The translations under genes and the position numbers were made by a program. Positions 61,555 through 64,000 of a stretch of DNA of 64,000 nucleotides are shown piece after piece. The DNA is from Chiloscyllium plagiosum (lineage: Eukaryota), in the NCBI RefSeq assembly GCF_004010195.1, contig NC_057752.1:6212044-6276043 (forward strand). Direction: 5' to 3'. The notes beneath the pieces are model-generated. The model had not been told where the DNA came from. It was given only the letters and a program-made list of their open reading frames with translations, and ran no database searches. The number at the start of each line of letters is the position of its first letter. The first letter of the stretch is position 1.

Positions 61555-61975
61555 AAGGTTTATATTTCTATAGCATTCTTCAATATCAGCACATTTCAAA
61601 ATGATTCACAGCCAGTGAACCACTTTTTGAATGTCGTTACTGTTGTAATATTGGAAATAGCAGCTGATTTGTACACATCAAACTCCCACGAACTCTAACA
61701 ACCAGAGAATCTCGTTTTTGTGATGTGGAATGAGGAATCAATACTGGGCAGGGAACTGCTCTTCTTCAAAACAGTGCAATGCATCCACCCAGCTGGGTAG
61801 TCAGGACCATGGTTTAACATCTCATCTAAAAGACAACATTTCTGACAGTACAGTACTCCCTCAGCATTGCACTGGAGCATCACCATTGAATTTTATGCTA
61901 AGGTCCTGGAATGGGACCTGAACCTGGAATCTGTTGACTCAAAGACAGGTATGCTGCCAAGTGATACACAGCTGA
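61555..61975 (-). mobile_element. SacSINE1-like DeuSINE
   Basis: ggtttaacatctcatctaaaagacaac is the reverse complement of the Deu-domain. Confidence 0.75.
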
Positions 61976-62004
61976 CGGAGCTGAAGAAGATTTTAAAAAA
62001 AAAA

Positions 62005-62505
62005 TTCACACAGGGGATGAGGGCATCACTGACTGGGCCAGCATTTATTGCCCATCCCAGAGGGTAGTTACGAGTCAACCACATTGCCGTGGGTCTGGAG
62101 TCACATGTAGGCCAGGCTGGTACAATTGCAACATTTAAAAGGCATTTGGATGGGTACATGAATAGGAAGGGTTTGGAGGGATATAGGCCGGGTGCTGGCA
62201 GGTGGGACCAGATTGGGTTGGGATATCTGGTCGGCATGGACGGGTTGGACCGAAGGGTCTGTTTCCATGCTGTACGTCTCTGACTCTGACTCTGACCAGA
62301 TAAGGATGGAGTTTCCTTCCCGAAAGGATATTAGTGAACCAGATGGGTTTTTCCTGACCACTGACATCATTAGACTCTTATTTGAAGATTTGTATTAAAT
62401 TTAAATTCCACCATCTGCCATGGCAGGATTTATACCCAAATCCCCAGACCATTACCTAGGTCTCCGGAATTAGAGTCTAGCAATAATACCACTGGGCCAT
62501 CACCT
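62005..62505 (-). mobile_element. Third-family tRNA-SINE interrupted by a CR1 3' end (+ strand, ~62116-62294)
   Basis: SINE sequence cacatgtaggccag|...|accagataaggatgg is split by a CR1 3' UTR ending (TCTGAC)n. Confidence 0.85.
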
Positions 62506-63894
62506 CTCTTACAGGTGATTTGTTCCTCCCTCTCCTACTAGCCTTCTTCCCCAGGACAGGATATACTGTTCCCCCTCACCCAGATGCCTCACAAGAAATT
62601 CAATCTTAGCCTCTGTGGCCCAATACTATTTGTCAACCTGGGGAGGCTAGAGTTCAAACAATGACTGGATCCAAATGAGATCACCTGGTATTTCATTATG
62701 AATTAGGCTTTATAGCCTTGGGATTTGTCTCTGTGTGAAACTTGATGTGATCACTCTGATTGAATAAATAGAGAAAAAATATTTCTGTTGGCTGGGGAAT
62801 CTAACAGTAGGGAAAACCATTTGTATGTGCAAAGTGTGATATAGGTTTAAAGCTTCCTTCTACCATTTCTCCCGCAAGAAAAATGCTGGGGTTTGTATTC
62901 CACACAAGTCTTCTCCCAGCTTGTCTTTTCCAATTTGATCATCGTAACCCACCATCCCTTATTCTCCTATTTGTTGTCTAACGTCGCTTTAAATAGGTCC
63001 TTACCATTTACCTCAACCACTCCTTGTGATAACAAGTTCCACATTCTCAGCAGTTTCTTGGTCATTTGTGAGAATAATGCATTGATGTTAACTATAAGTT
63101 AAATGAAGGTAATGTTTGTGTGTTCACGCAGTCAGAGCCATCTTTAATCATCAAATTATCCAGCAATGTTCATTTGACTTATTCAAAACAAACCTTATTC
63201 CAAGATCACTTGAGAAGAAGCAAACTCAACATTCAAGGCAAAGTGTGATTCAGGAAGATCACTCCTTTGGTGCTGAGATACACATCTTCTCTTCATCTAT
63301 TATGCTACAGATTTAAAAGGTATATTCCTTGGATACAGCTTGCAATATTGTGCCCAAGTTCTGCTGTGGCTGCAGTAGCACAGTTAAATAAAGTTTAATG
63401 TGCTTAGGCAATCAGCTGCGAGTGCCTACAGACCTCTGCAATGATTCAGACAAACGAGAGGCAACCAAGAGAGAGATTGAGCCAGATTAGGCAGGAAAAG
63501 GGAATTCTAAATGGACAACAGGGTGAGATCCTTGCATTGATAGTTTGACTAACAATTAATAGTAAAGAGGAAATGATGTACAGCTCCGTAATTGATCAAA
63601 GACAGACAAGAACGAAGAAAGCAGAAATACTAGACACCTCAGACACTGCATTGATCTTTCCAACAGCCCTCCAGCACTGCAAACAAATTGGAAGTAAATA
63701 ATAATGGATGTACTTGCCCTAATTCTCAAATAAACAATATGTTAACTCGATAATGAAAGGTCAGAACTAAAAGATTGTATACATGTGTTTTTCTCAATTT
63801 CCTAAATCATCATAGAATTTATTTGTTTTTATTATTTATTCACAATTTAAGGTTTTTTAAAAGAATGAACACTAGGCATTGTAATTATATGTCA

Positions 63895-63986
63895 AAGAGA
63901 GTGGGGTTGGAAAAACACAGCTGGTCAGGCAGCATCTGAGGAGCAGGAGAATCGACATTTCAAGCATAAGCTCTTCATCAGGAATG
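63895..63986 (-). mobile_element. Penelope pLTR end with hammerhead-type core
   Basis: Reverse complement ttcctgatgaagagcttatgcttgaaatgtcgatt. Confidence 0.75.
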
Positions 63987-64000
63987 AGCAAATGGCCCAA

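Noticed and set aside
381..63316. ORF-track ORFs as host genes
   Set aside because: The recognisable ones are frameshifted retroelement fragments or their antisense frames; the rest are short and have no recognisable domain.

Overview
Repeat-dense vertebrate DNA, almost certainly from a cartilaginous fish (shark). This is inferred from HE1-type V-SINEs, HER1/CR1 LINEs, SacSINE1-like DeuSINEs and Penelope-like elements, all recognised by eye without database searches. No intact protein-coding gene is present: the recognisable ORFs are decayed retroelement pieces (CR1 RT/endonuclease/esterase, L1 ORF1/ORF2, Tx1 RT, Gypsy RT/integrase, Penelope GIY-YIG). One 45-nt minus-strand exon candidate with strong splice sites (8335-8379) and several repeat-free, homeodomain-site-rich blocks suggest the window lies in large introns of an unidentified host gene. 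The notable features are: (1) about ten Penelope terminal repeats carrying minimal hammerhead-ribozyme cores, several arranged as foldback insertions with 10-15 bp target-site duplications; (2) a 4.5-kb Tx1-associated composite inserted in a Gypsy LTR, containing a cryptic 11-unit, ~71-bp-period array with conserved motifs and per-unit stems, plus duplicated hairpin-rich blocks that differ by micro-inversions; (3) several near-perfect local inverted duplications and multi-level nested insertions. Boundaries of old repeats are approximate.
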